A DNA stretch of 59,628 nucleotides. It comes from an uncultured Clostridia bacterium (lineage in GTDB: Bacteria; Bacillota; Clostridia; TANB77; CAG-465). The translations under genes and the position numbers were made by a program. The stretch covers positions 1 to 59,628 of the forward strand of contig CALXAR010000003.1 in NCBI GenBank assembly GCA_944386345.1, in the 5' to 3' direction. Shown piece by piece: positions 10,156 through 19,742 of this stretch (positions are counted from its first letter, which is position 1; each line of letters opens with the position of its first letter). The notes under the pieces were generated by a model, which was not told where the DNA came from, did no database searches, and saw only the letters and a program-made list of their open reading frames with translations.

Positions 10156-11427
10156 ATGAGGCAAGAAAAAGAAAAAGCAATTTTAGTTGGAGTTAACATA
10201 GATTATCAAAATAATTTTCAAAAATTAATGGATGAATTAGAAAACTTAGCATATGCTTGTGATATTGAAGTTGTAGGTAGAGAGACCCAAAATTTATTAG
10301 AGATTAATAAGCCATTATATGTTGGAAAAGGAAAGGCCGAGGAGATTGCAAAAAAAGCAGAAGCCTTAGGCGTTGATATGGTTATTTTTAATAATGAATT
10401 ATCAGGAACTCAAACAAGAAATCTATCTGATATTTTTAGTTGTCAAGTATTAGACAGAACGGCTTTAATACTAGAGATATTTTCAAGAAGAGCAAGAACA
10501 AAAGAGGCCAAACTACAAGTCGAGCTTGCAAGGCTTGAATACATGTTACCAAGACTTGTTGGACTTCATAAATCTCTTGGAAGACAAGGCGGTGGCTCTG
10601 GATTTTTTAATAAAGGTTCAGGTGAAAAAAAGATTGAGTTAGATAGAAGAAGAATAGAGGATAAACTTACTGAATTAAGAAAAGAATTAGAAGAGTTATC
10701 TAAAGATAGGGAAGTACAAAGAAAAAAAAGAGAAGAGTCAGATATTCCTCTTGTGTCTTTGGTGGGATATACAAATGCAGGAAAATCAACTTTAATGAAC
10801 TATATGATTGATAGATTTGTAAAAGATGAGGATAAGAGAGTATTTGAAGAAGATATGTTATTTGCTACATTAGATACATCGGTTAGGAAAATAGAGCTTG
10901 ACGATAATAGAAAGTTCCTATTATCTGACACGGTGGGATTTATAAGTCAATTACCTCATGATTTAATAAAGGCTTTTAGATCTACATTAGAAGAGATAAA
11001 AAATGCAGATCTTCTTCTAGAAGTTATAGATTATTCTGACCCTGATTTTGATACACATTTAGATGTTACTAAAAAAACTCTAGAAGATATAGGTGCTGCA
11101 GATATACCAGTTATTTATGTGTATAATAAGTCAGAATTAATGCTAGATAAATTACCATTAATAGATGAGAATGAAATCTATTTATCGATAAAAGAGCAAA
11201 AAGGTATGGATGAGCTAATTGATATGATAATAGAAAGAATATTTAAAGACTATAAAAAGTGTAAAATGCTAATACCATTTTCTCAAGGAAGCATAGTATC
11301 ATATCTTAATGAGCACGCAACTGTAATTTCTACAGACTACAATGAAAAAGGAACAATTCTAGAAGTAGAGTGCAGACAAGCGCAATATAATAAATATAAA
11401 GAATATGTTATTGAAGATATAAAATGA
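10156..11427 (+). CDS. hflX: GTPase HflX
   Basis: GKGK, ILEIFSRRARTKEAKLQVELA, GYTNAGKS, LFATLD, DTVG, NKSE motifs. Confidence 0.95.
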   Translation: MRQEKEKAILVGVNIDYQNNFQKLMDELENLAYACDIEVVGRETQNLLEINKPLYVGKGKAEEIAKKAEALGVDMVIFNNELSGTQTRNLSDIFSCQVLDRTALILEIFSRRARTKEAKLQVELARLEYMLPRLVGLHKSLGRQGGGSGFFNKGSGEKKIELDRRRIEDKLTELRKELEELSKDREVQRKKREESDIPLVSLVGYTNAGKSTLMNYMIDRFVKDEDKRVFEEDMLFATLDTSVRKIELDDNRKFLLSDTVGFISQLPHDLIKAFRSTLEEIKNADLLLEVIDYSDPDFDTHLDVTKKTLEDIGAADIPVIYVYNKSELMLDKLPLIDENEIYLSIKEQKGMDELIDMIIERIFKDYKKCKMLIPFSQGSIVSYLNEHATVISTDYNEKGTILEVECRQAQYNKYKEYVIEDIK

Positions 11428-11487
11428 GTCGTTTAAGACTCATTTTTTTATATTATATTTTTTTATTTTTATACAAATAATATTTTT

Positions 11488-11835
11488 ATGAGTTATTTAA
11501 TTTTCATTTTAATTGGAGCTATTAATGGACTTTTTTCTAGCGGAGCTGGTCAACTTCTTATATTTTATCTAGTATATATCTTAAAAAGAGATACTAAGCT
11601 TTCAAGAGAATATTCTCTTACAATAATGCCTATTATATCTATACCGACTTTTATAATATACTGCACAAAAAGTAGTATAGATATTACTATGAGTTTTATT
11701 TTTATAGTAATTTCTTTAGTATTTGGATTTTTAGGAAATAAGATGATGAAAAAACTTAATCCTAATTTATTAAATTTAATTTCAGGTATTTTCTTAGTTT
11801 TAATAACTGGAATTAGTCTATGGAGGACACTATGA
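11488..11835 (+). CDS. TauE/SafE-like membrane protein, half-size
   Basis: GAINGLFSSGAG N-terminal motif, 4 hydrophobic segments. Confidence 0.7.
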   Translation: MSYLIFILIGAINGLFSSGAGQLLIFYLVYILKRDTKLSREYSLTIMPIISIPTFIIYCTKSSIDITMSFIFIVISLVFGFLGNKMMKKLNPNLLNLISGIFLVLITGISLWRTL

Positions 11836-12224
11836 TGATATATTTTTTAGCTATTATATCCTCGTTTTTTTCTGGTATGGGAATAGGTGGAGGATCGGTA
11901 TTTATACTTCTGAGTCTTCTTTTTAATCTATTGGAATTAAATGAAGCTAGAGCATATAATCTATTGCTTTTTATTAGTGTTGGAATAATTATATCTATAA
12001 AAAATTTTAAAAAAATTAAAGAGAATAAGAAAAAGTATATAAAAGGAATTATATTTATTGGAATTGGAGCGTTAATAGGCGCAATTTCTAGTAAATATAT
12101 TTCAGAAAAAATCATAAAAATTGTTTTTTATATTTTCCTTTTGATTATTGGAATATATGAAATAATTGTCAGTTTAAAAAATATTAATCTGGATAAAAAT
12201 AATAATAAGAAAGGAGTGTATTAA
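11832..12224 (+). CDS. TauE/SafE-like membrane protein, half-size
   Basis: SGMGIGGG motif; GGAGG RBS; ATGA overlap with previous gene. Confidence 0.75.
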   Translation: MMIYFLAIISSFFSGMGIGGGSVFILLSLLFNLLELNEARAYNLLLFISVGIIISIKNFKKIKENKKKYIKGIIFIGIGALIGAISSKYISEKIIKIVFYIFLLIIGIYEIIVSLKNINLDKNNNKKGVY

Positions 12225-12225
12225 A

Positions 12226-12363
12226 ATGGAATTTGTAAAAGGTACAATAATCGGAATGATAGCAGGTGCTTGTATTGGATATATGAACAATGAGACTATA
12301 TGTAGTTTAATGAAAAGTGGAAGAAAAGAATTTAGAAAACTTAAGAGAAAAATGAGTTTTTAG
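12226..12363 (+). CDS. Small YtxH-like membrane protein (45 aa), not in ORF track
   Basis: AAGGAG RBS; MEFVKGTIIGMIAGACIGYMNNETICSLMKSGRKEFRKLKRKMSF*; strong terminator immediately after. Confidence 0.75.
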   Translation: MEFVKGTIIGMIAGACIGYMNNETICSLMKSGRKEFRKLKRKMSF

Positions 12364-12367
12364 TCTT

Positions 12368-12405
12368 AAAATTCTAAAGTAATTTAGATTACTTTAGAAT
12401 TTTTT
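12368..12405 (+). terminator. Intrinsic terminator
   Basis: 16-bp perfect stem AAAATTCTAAAGTAAT-ttag-ATTACTTTAGAATTTT. Confidence 0.8.
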
Positions 12406-12520
12406 ATGTAAAATAAAATGTTTTTTATACTTTTTGACATCTATTACTTGATATTTGAAATTATTTATAATATAATTATATATGTATAAATTTAATTATT
12501 TAGATTATGGGGGAGTCGTT

Positions 12521-12841
12521 ATGGCATATAAAAAGGTTATAACTTCATCTTTAATTGTAGCTGTACTTTTAGCAATAGTAAATGAGTTTGTTTTTGCTGT
12601 TGATAACACAGTTACAAATGATGTTGTTTTAGATGGTGCTTTGAATATATTAGTTATGATACAAAAATATTCATGGCCTTTTGTTACTTTATTTATGATA
12701 TTTGCATTGTATAAGTTTTATGTACGTGGTTCAGAAATATTAGCAGATAAAGTAGTTGGACAACAAATGGTTGTTGGTATTTCAATATTTATGTTAGTTG
12801 TACAATGTTTACCATTAGTGTACGCGTTTTTTATAGTGTAG
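12521..12841 (+). CDS. Putative VirB2/TrbC-like pilin (signal peptide plus two hydrophobic helices)
   Basis: GGGGAG RBS; signal peptide ending FVFA; helix-loop(RGSE..DK..GQQ)-helix ending CLPLVYAFF; promoter TTGATA-17-TATAAT at 12448-12476. Confidence 0.5.
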   Translation: MAYKKVITSSLIVAVLLAIVNEFVFAVDNTVTNDVVLDGALNILVMIQKYSWPFVTLFMIFALYKFYVRGSEILADKVVGQQMVVGISIFMLVVQCLPLVYAFFIV

Positions 12842-12901
12842 AGATAATATTATAATTAATATATAACCTAAAAACTAAATTGATTAGAAGGGATAGAGAA
12901 T

Positions 12902-14635
12902 ATGAAGGTACTTTTTGGATTAAGTAACGAAGATACTGTAAAAGGCATTGTTAAATTCTATGAAGATAAGTACAAAGAAAAGCTAGAGTATAAGATAGCA
13001 TATTATTTTAAAAACTTCAGTAGCGAAATCGCAACAGGAGATTATGATAGAGCAGTACTTAGTGAAGAGTTAGAAAAAATGCCGACAAAGAGCTACGCAG
13101 AAGCAGATAAATTATTATTTGAATATATAGATGGTATTACAAATAATTTTGAGGCAAGAAATTTAATATTAATTACATCAGAAAGAAGAAAATTAGGAGA
13201 TAACTTTCTTGCTAGATTATTTGTACTTGGTGTATACACAACACTTACAGGCTCAGATAGAACAAAAGGAAAAGTTTGTGCGGCTATTAATTCACCTACT
13301 ACTAAAAAAGAAGCTAGAAGGTATTACGATAATAATACAAGTGCAACAGATGTATACAATTCATCTGAAGTAAGTGAGTTAGAACTTAGAAGAATAATAA
13401 CATATTTTAAAAACTTAAATGGCGATACAAGCAAGTATTGTGAGATATTTGATAGAGTAGTTTCTCAATATACAACAGAGCAAATGGCGGTAATTATTAA
13501 GTGTTTACCAAAAGATGTAACTGCTTTTTTACAGGACAATAGTGAGTCATATAAAAATATAGTTAACTTATCTAATATACAGATGACACAATCTCCTGTA
13601 CAGCAGACAAAAATAGTAACAAATGAGCCTAATAATAATAAGTATGAGATAAAAAATGGAAATGAAATTGCAGAAAAAATCGTAGTAAAAGAAGTACCAA
13701 AGGAAAAGATAGTTGAAAAAGTAGTAGAAAAAGAAGTACCAAAAGTTATTACACAAGTAGTAGAAAAAGAAGTAGTAAAACAATATTTTGATGTTCCAAA
13801 AGACTATAAGAAAACTGTATGTTTTGTTGGAGCACCTAAAGTTGGAACTACATTTTGTATAAATGCAATAGGAACATATCTTGCAAAGCAAAAAGTAAAG
13901 ACTGCTTTTGTAGATTTAACTAGAAAAAGAGATATGTACACAATATATACATATGATAATACAGGAAAAAGAAATATAGCTGGAGACAGTTTAAGATATG
14001 CATCTAATGGAAAAAATGAGCCATTAATTTATGATAAGCTAAGTATATATACAGCTGTACCTGGTGAAGATAGAAAGTCATATAATCCAAGTGTATTAGT
14101 AAACACAATAGTAAAAAATAACAATGTTGTTTTAATAGATGCAGATTTTAGTACACCTTTAGATTATTTTAGACTTGCTCAAGACATATATATTGTACAG
14201 GATATGAATATACTTAATATAAGTCAGATTACAATGTTTTTAAGAGAGCTAAAGCAACGTGGAATAGGCATGGATAAAATAAAGATAATTATTAATAAAT
14301 ATGTTAATTGTAGTTTATCTTCAAAAGACATTGTTGATGGTATAGCAACATATACTAGTTATGACTTAAAAATGTATGATGAATTATTCAATCCAAAGAG
14401 AATTCAGTATTTTATATTACCTTTTGATGTAGAAAACTATAAGAAATATATTGATATGGTATATAAATACTCAAATAAATTCTCAAGCTTTACTAAAGAC
14501 TTTCAGGAAAATTTAAATCAAATTATAAACACAATTTATCCTACTAAGGGTGATGTTAGTGTTGAAGAAAAACATTATACTCAAGAAGAAAGTCAAAAGA
14601 GTAAAGGAAAATTTAGTTTGTTTAGAAGAAAATAA
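12902..14635 (+). CDS. MinD/ParA/TadZ-like P-loop protein with long N-terminal domain
   Basis: Deviant Walker A CFVGAPKVGTT, TAFVDL, VVLIDAD, IIINK in C-terminal half; N-terminal alpha/beta domain and V/E/K-rich linker. Confidence 0.65.
   Translation: MKVLFGLSNEDTVKGIVKFYEDKYKEKLEYKIAYYFKNFSSEIATGDYDRAVLSEELEKMPTKSYAEADKLLFEYIDGITNNFEARNLILITSERRKLGDNFLARLFVLGVYTTLTGSDRTKGKVCAAINSPTTKKEARRYYDNNTSATDVYNSSEVSELELRRIITYFKNLNGDTSKYCEIFDRVVSQYTTEQMAVIIKCLPKDVTAFLQDNSESYKNIVNLSNIQMTQSPVQQTKIVTNEPNNNKYEIKNGNEIAEKIVVKEVPKEKIVEKVVEKEVPKVITQVVEKEVVKQYFDVPKDYKKTVCFVGAPKVGTTFCINAIGTYLAKQKVKTAFVDLTRKRDMYTIYTYDNTGKRNIAGDSLRYASNGKNEPLIYDKLSIYTAVPGEDRKSYNPSVLVNTIVKNNNVVLIDADFSTPLDYFRLAQDIYIVQDMNILNISQITMFLRELKQRGIGMDKIKIIINKYVNCSLSSKDIVDGIATYTSYDLKMYDELFNPKRIQYFILPFDVENYKKYIDMVYKYSNKFSSFTKDFQENLNQIINTIYPTKGDVSVEEKHYTQEESQKSKGKFSLFRRK
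13672..13780 (+). repeat. Intragenic imperfect tandem repeat encoding V(V)EKEV units
   Basis: GTAGTAGAAAAAGAAGTA twice and AAAAGAAGTACCAAA twice; protein EKIVVKEVPKEKIVEKVVEKEVPKVITQVVEKEVVK. Confidence 0.75.
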
Positions 14636-14675
14636 AATACAATTTTGATTATATATTTTAAGGAGTGTGATAGAT

Positions 14676-14921
14676 ATGGATCAAAATACTACAGTATTTA
14701 AACCACAAAAAGATGAATCAAAAAGAGTAAAGGAGATTATGGAGCAAGTTGTAGCAGCTTTAAAAGATAAAGGCTATGAGCCAACTAGCCAGATTATTGG
14801 ATATATATTATCTGGTGACCCAACATATATAACATCTCACAATAATGCAAGAGCTTTAATTTGCAAGATTGAAAGAGATGACCTGTTACAAGAAATGATT
14901 AAAAAATACTTAGATTTATAG
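14676..14921 (+). CDS. ireB: IreB/ReoM family regulatory phosphoprotein (DUF965)
   Basis: ALKDKGYEPTSQIIGYILSGDPTYITSHNNAR signature. Confidence 0.95.
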   Translation: MDQNTTVFKPQKDESKRVKEIMEQVVAALKDKGYEPTSQIIGYILSGDPTYITSHNNARALICKIERDDLLQEMIKKYLDL

Positions 14922-14928
14922 GTGTAAA

Positions 14929-15351
14929 ATGAAAAGAATATTAGGAATAGACTATGGAGATGTGAGGGTAGGAGTTGCAATATCTGATCCTTTAAGAATA
15001 ACAGCTCAAGGACTAGATACTCTTGTAATTAATGGTAGTGATAAGAAATTTATTAGTGGAATTAGAAAACTAATGAATGAGTATGATTTTGAAGAGGTTG
15101 TTATTGGTTATCCTAAAAATATGGATGGTACAAATTCTTTAAAAACAGAGAAAGTAGATGAGTTGATTCCAAAGTTAGAAGCTTTAGGACTTAAAGTGCA
15201 TAAATGGGATGAAAGACTTACTACAGTATCAGCATATAGAACAATGAGAGAGATGAATATATCTCAAAAGGAAAAAAATAGAGTTGCAGATAGATTTGCT
15301 GCAACATATATTTTAGAAGGATATTTAAATATGCTTTCAAAAAGCAATTAA
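14929..15351 (+). CDS. ruvX: YqgF/RuvX pre-16S rRNA nuclease
   Basis: ILGIDYGDVRVGVAISD, GYPKNMDG, WDERLTT motifs; canonical position after ireB. Confidence 0.95.
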   Translation: MKRILGIDYGDVRVGVAISDPLRITAQGLDTLVINGSDKKFISGIRKLMNEYDFEEVVIGYPKNMDGTNSLKTEKVDELIPKLEALGLKVHKWDERLTTVSAYRTMREMNISQKEKNRVADRFAATYILEGYLNMLSKSN

Positions 15352-15384
15352 ATATATTATAGTACTTAACAAGGAGGAAATGAA

Positions 15385-15720
15385 ATGGATAATGAAGAAT
15401 TAGTAGGATGCTCTGGTTCTTGTGGAACTTGTGGCGGATGTGGATCTTCTGATGAAGAATCATTACCAATTTTAGTATTAACAGATGAAAATGGTAAAGA
15501 AGTTACTTTTGAAAAACTTGATGTTGTTGTACTTGAAGATGGAAGATCTTTTTTAATAGTTTCTGAGCTTAAAGAAGACTATGAAGAAGAAGTTGAAGTT
15601 GTTATTCTTGAAATAAAAGAAGAAGACGGAGAACAAGTCTACGATACTCTTACAGATGAAGAGCTATTAAAAGATGTTTATTCTAGATTCTTAAAACAAC
15701 AAGGAATTGAAGAAGAATAA
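15385..15720 (+). CDS. DUF1292 family protein with Cys-rich N-terminus
   Basis: LTDENGKEVTFE acidic DUF1292 pattern; canonical position after ruvX. Confidence 0.85.
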   Translation: MDNEELVGCSGSCGTCGGCGSSDEESLPILVLTDENGKEVTFEKLDVVVLEDGRSFLIVSELKEDYEEEVEVVILEIKEEDGEQVYDTLTDEELLKDVYSRFLKQQGIEEE

Positions 15721-15868
15721 TAATAAAAATTAGGGTATATTTTTAATATGCCTTAATTTTTTTTTGACTTTGTGAAATTTTTGAAAACTATATGGCACGC
15801 GTGTTTTTTTGGTGAAAAGAGACATAATATATTTATTTTTCAAAACTACTGTGGTATAATTATTTACG

Positions 15869-17143
15869 GTGATAAGAGAAATGGAAAGTGCATACAAATT
15901 ATTAAATATTAGTGAGAAATTAGAGAAAATAGCCAGAGAAAGTGAAGAGGAGGTTAAAGATGTTTTTAAGCAAATAGAGGAGACAGCATTATATAACCAA
16001 GCTAGAGTCTTGAAAGCTTTCCAAAGTGTACCAATAACTCAAGCACATTTTGGAAAAACAACAGGATATGGTCATGGGGATATAGGTAGAGAGGCAATTG
16101 AAAAACTATATGCTAATCTATTTGAAACAGAAGATGCTTTAGTAAGAGTACAATTTGTAAGTGGAACACATACTTTAGCAACAGCTTTAAAAGCATTATT
16201 AAATTATGGAGATGAGATGCTTGCAATATCTGGTAGGCCATATGATACACTATGTACTGTTATAGGACTTGAACCAAATGATATGTCTTTAATTAGTAGA
16301 GGAATAAAATATTCTCAAATAGACTTAGATGAAAATGATAACTTTAAGTGTGATGAGATTAAAGACTATTTGAAAAATCACAAAGTTAAATTAGTACATA
16401 TTCAAAGATCTAGAGGATATGCAGTAAGAAAAGCATTATTAATATCAGATATAGAAAATGTAATCAAAGAGATAAGAAGTGTAGACAAGGACGTTATAAT
16501 TTATGTTGATAACTGCTATGGCGAATTTACTGAGGAAAAAGAGCCAACATCTGTAGGAGCTGATATCTGCTGTGGAAGCTTAATTAAAAATGCCGGTGGT
16601 GGCCTATGTGAAATGGGCGGATACGTATGTGGAAAAGCAGAGCTGATAGAAAGAGTTGTTCAAGAGCTATATTGTCCTGGCCTTGAAAAAGATAATGGTG
16701 CAACACTTGGACAAAATCAAAACATTATTCAAGGACTATTTATGGCACCAACAGTTGTAGCATCTGCACTTAAGGCAATGACTTTTGCTTCTAAATTATT
16801 AGAAAATCTTGGATGTGATGTATTTCCAAAATATAATGATAAAAGGAGCGATATTGTTCAAATAATTAATTTTGGTGATAAGGATAAATTAATTAAATTC
16901 ATACAAGGTATACAGCTTGCCTCTCCTATAGATAGTAATGTAGTTCCTATGCCATGGAGCATGCCAGGATATTCTGATGAGGTGATAATGGCTGCTGGTA
17001 CATTTATGGAGGGGGCTTCAATAGAGTTATCTGCAGATTCTCCAATGAGAGAGCCTTATTCAGCATATATGCAAGGAGGACTTTCATACGAATCAGCAAA
17101 ACTTGCTATCTTAATTGCAGCACAAAAGATGTTAGGAGAATAA
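15869..17143 (+). CDS. PLP-dependent methionine gamma-lyase family / aluminium-resistance protein (YnbB-like)
   Basis: TTGYG, FVSGTH, QRSRGY, VDNCYGEF, GSLIKNAGGG, MAAGTF motifs. Confidence 0.92.
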   Translation: MIREMESAYKLLNISEKLEKIARESEEEVKDVFKQIEETALYNQARVLKAFQSVPITQAHFGKTTGYGHGDIGREAIEKLYANLFETEDALVRVQFVSGTHTLATALKALLNYGDEMLAISGRPYDTLCTVIGLEPNDMSLISRGIKYSQIDLDENDNFKCDEIKDYLKNHKVKLVHIQRSRGYAVRKALLISDIENVIKEIRSVDKDVIIYVDNCYGEFTEEKEPTSVGADICCGSLIKNAGGGLCEMGGYVCGKAELIERVVQELYCPGLEKDNGATLGQNQNIIQGLFMAPTVVASALKAMTFASKLLENLGCDVFPKYNDKRSDIVQIINFGDKDKLIKFIQGIQLASPIDSNVVPMPWSMPGYSDEVIMAAGTFMEGASIELSADSPMREPYSAYMQGGLSYESAKLAILIAAQKMLGE

Positions 17144-17146
17144 ATA

Positions 17147-18382
17147 ATGAATGTAATTGTAATTGGTGGTGGCGCAGCAGGAATGATGGCTGCAATAGCT
17201 AGTGCAAGAAATGACAATAACGTAACATTAATTGAAAAGACATCTTCACTTGGAAATAAAGTAAAGATAACAGGAAAAGGAAGATGCAATATTACTTTTG
17301 ATGGTGATATAGAAGATTTTGAAAATAATATTGTTAATAACAATAAATTTATGTATAGCTCCTTTATGAGATTTAGTAATAAAGATACAGTAGAATATTT
17401 TAATTCTTTAGGTCTTAAGACTAAAGTAGAAAGAGGAGGAAGAATATTTCCACAAAGTGATAAAGCAGAGGATGTAGTAAATGTATTAATAAAAGAACTA
17501 AATAAATATAATGTTGATATAAAGTATAATGCCAACTTACTTGATCTTATAATAGAAAATGAGACTTTAATTGGAATTAAGACAAATAATGGTGACTTTT
17601 TTGCTGATAAGTTTATACTATGTACAGGAGGCGTAAGCTATAAAAAAACAGGAAGCTCAGGTGAGTGTTTTAATATATTAAAAAAATATGGACATAATAT
17701 AATTAAATTAAGACCTGGACTTGTTCCTTTAAAGTCTAGTGATGATATATGTAAAAGATTACAAGGACTTACTTTAAAGAATGTATCTTTAAAATTAATG
17801 GACTCAAATAAAATGGTATACAGTGCTTTTGGTGAGATGCTTTTTGCACATTTTGGCTTAACTGGTCCTATTGTTTTAAGTGGAAGTAGTATTTTAAATA
17901 GAATAAAAAATGTAGATGAAAAAATGAAATGCAGGAATATAAATGCAATAATTGATTTAAAACCAGCACTAGATGTGGAGACTTTAGATAAGAGAATTCA
18001 AAGAGATTTTCAAAAATTTACTAATAAAGAGTTTAAAAATTCTCTTAATGAGCTTCTTCCTCAAAAGCTAATACCAGTTATAATTGAAAAAAGTGGTATT
18101 AGTCCAGATAAGAAAGTTCATCAAATTACAAAAGAGGAACGAAAAAATTTAATAGAATGTATAAAATGCTTAAAGGTTAATATTAATGGATTTATGCCTA
18201 TTGATATAGCAATAGTAACTTGTGGTGGAGTAGATGTAAAGCAAGTTAATCCTAAGACAATGGAATCAAAAATAATACATAATCTATTTTTTGCAGGTGA
18301 AATACTTGATGTAGATGCTTTAACTGGAGGATATAATTTACAAATTGCTTTTTCAACTGCTATTTCTGCAAGTAGAAATTAA
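17147..18382 (+). CDS. HI0933/YhiN-family flavoprotein
   Basis: GGGAAGMMAA, GKGRCNIT, GRIFP, GEILDVDALTGGYNLQ motifs. Confidence 0.93.
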   Translation: MNVIVIGGGAAGMMAAIASARNDNNVTLIEKTSSLGNKVKITGKGRCNITFDGDIEDFENNIVNNNKFMYSSFMRFSNKDTVEYFNSLGLKTKVERGGRIFPQSDKAEDVVNVLIKELNKYNVDIKYNANLLDLIIENETLIGIKTNNGDFFADKFILCTGGVSYKKTGSSGECFNILKKYGHNIIKLRPGLVPLKSSDDICKRLQGLTLKNVSLKLMDSNKMVYSAFGEMLFAHFGLTGPIVLSGSSILNRIKNVDEKMKCRNINAIIDLKPALDVETLDKRIQRDFQKFTNKEFKNSLNELLPQKLIPVIIEKSGISPDKKVHQITKEERKNLIECIKCLKVNINGFMPIDIAIVTCGGVDVKQVNPKTMESKIIHNLFFAGEILDVDALTGGYNLQIAFSTAISASRN

Positions 18383-18395
18383 GGAGGAATTTTAT

Positions 18396-19556
18396 ATGGA
18401 AGAGAACGAGAAAAAAAATAATATTCAAATTATTTCAGAAAAGAAAAAAAATAAAATACCAATGGTATTAATAATTATTATTGGTGTAGTACTAGTATCA
18501 GTATTAAGTTCCCTAGCTACATATTTTTTAGTAACAAAAGGGAATATACAAATTACTGGAGCAAACAATACAACATATAGTGTAGAAAATGTTGAAAATC
18601 CAGTAGTAGCTGTTGCTCAAATTGCAGGTCCTTCTGTAGTTGGTGTAAGTGTAACATATTATGAGCAAAGCTTATTTGGACAATTAGCAGAAGGCGAGTC
18701 AGAAGGCTCTGGAATTATTTATTCATCAGACGGATACATTATTACAAATTATCATGTAATAGAAGAAGCTGTAAATTCAAGTAGCGCAGCTGTAACAATT
18801 ACATTATCAGACGAATCTGAATATCAAGCAGAAATAGTGGGAACAGATGATGTAACTGATTTAGCACTTTTAAAAATTGAACCAGAAGAAGAATTAACAC
18901 CTGCAACATTTGCAGATTCATCTAATATACAAGTTGGAGAACTTGCAGTTGCAATAGGAAACCCATTAGGTCAAGAATTTGCAGGTAGTGTAACAGTTGG
19001 CTATATTTCTGCTTTAAATAGAGATATAACAACAGATGGTAGAACATATAATGTAATACAAACAGATGCAGCAATAAACCCTGGTAACAGTGGTGGTGCT
19101 TTGGTAAATTCAAAAGGCGAAGTAATAGGAATTAATACTATAAAGATTAGTGATGATTCTGTTGAAGGATTAGGGTTTGCAATACCAAGTAATGATGCAC
19201 TAAAGATAATAGAAGAGCTTAAAGTAACAGGAAAAATTATTAGACCATATGTAGGTATATATGGAATAGATTTAGATGAAATTACTGCTCAAAGAAATAG
19301 ACTAGTAGAAGGAATATATGTATATCAAGTACAAGAAGGTTCTCCAGCACAAGAAGCAGGTATTCAAAATGGTGATATAATTGTAGAATTTGATGGTCAA
19401 GAAGTAAAGACAACTCAAGAGTTAAATAACATTAAGAATCAAAAAGAAATAGGAGACTCTGTTCATGTTAAAGTATATAGAGCAGGAGAATACAAAGAAG
19501 GAGATATAGTTCTTGGAAGTGATGAGAACACATCAAGTGGAACAATGACAAATTAG
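18396..19556 (+). CDS. htrA: HtrA serine protease with PDZ domain
   Basis: TM, TNYHV, DLA, GNSGG catalytic triad, C-terminal PDZ. Confidence 0.95.
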   Translation: MEENEKKNNIQIISEKKKNKIPMVLIIIIGVVLVSVLSSLATYFLVTKGNIQITGANNTTYSVENVENPVVAVAQIAGPSVVGVSVTYYEQSLFGQLAEGESEGSGIIYSSDGYIITNYHVIEEAVNSSSAAVTITLSDESEYQAEIVGTDDVTDLALLKIEPEEELTPATFADSSNIQVGELAVAIGNPLGQEFAGSVTVGYISALNRDITTDGRTYNVIQTDAAINPGNSGGALVNSKGEVIGINTIKISDDSVEGLGFAIPSNDALKIIEELKVTGKIIRPYVGIYGIDLDEITAQRNRLVEGIYVYQVQEGSPAQEAGIQNGDIIVEFDGQEVKTTQELNNIKNQKEIGDSVHVKVYRAGEYKEGDIVLGSDENTSSGTMTN

Positions 19557-19565
19557 TAAATATAT

Positions 19566-19598
19566 AACGAGGTAATCTAAAAGATTGCCTCGTTTTTT
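19566..19598 (+). terminator. Intrinsic terminator
   Basis: AACGAGGTAATCT-aaa-AGATTGCCTCGTT plus T run. Confidence 0.85.
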
Positions 19599-19742
19599 AT
19601 TATTATTATTATTATTATGTAAAGTATTGCTTTTAAGATGGACAAGGTGTATAATTTATGTGCAATATATTATATTAAACAGTTTTAATTAAAAACTGTG
19701 TTCAACATTTGGAAAAAAATTTTTAAAAAGGAGGAAAAAATT

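Noticed and set aside
15770-15805. Rex-like box TTGTGAAATTTTTGAAAA and palindrome CACGCGTG upstream of the YnbB-like gene; similar weak box near 41739
   Set aside because: Several mismatches to consensus in very AT-rich DNA; cannot be distinguished from chance
19598-19618. (TTA)n microsatellite after the htrA terminator
   Set aside because: Short low-complexity run, upstream of the apparent -35/-10 elements; no evidence for phase variation
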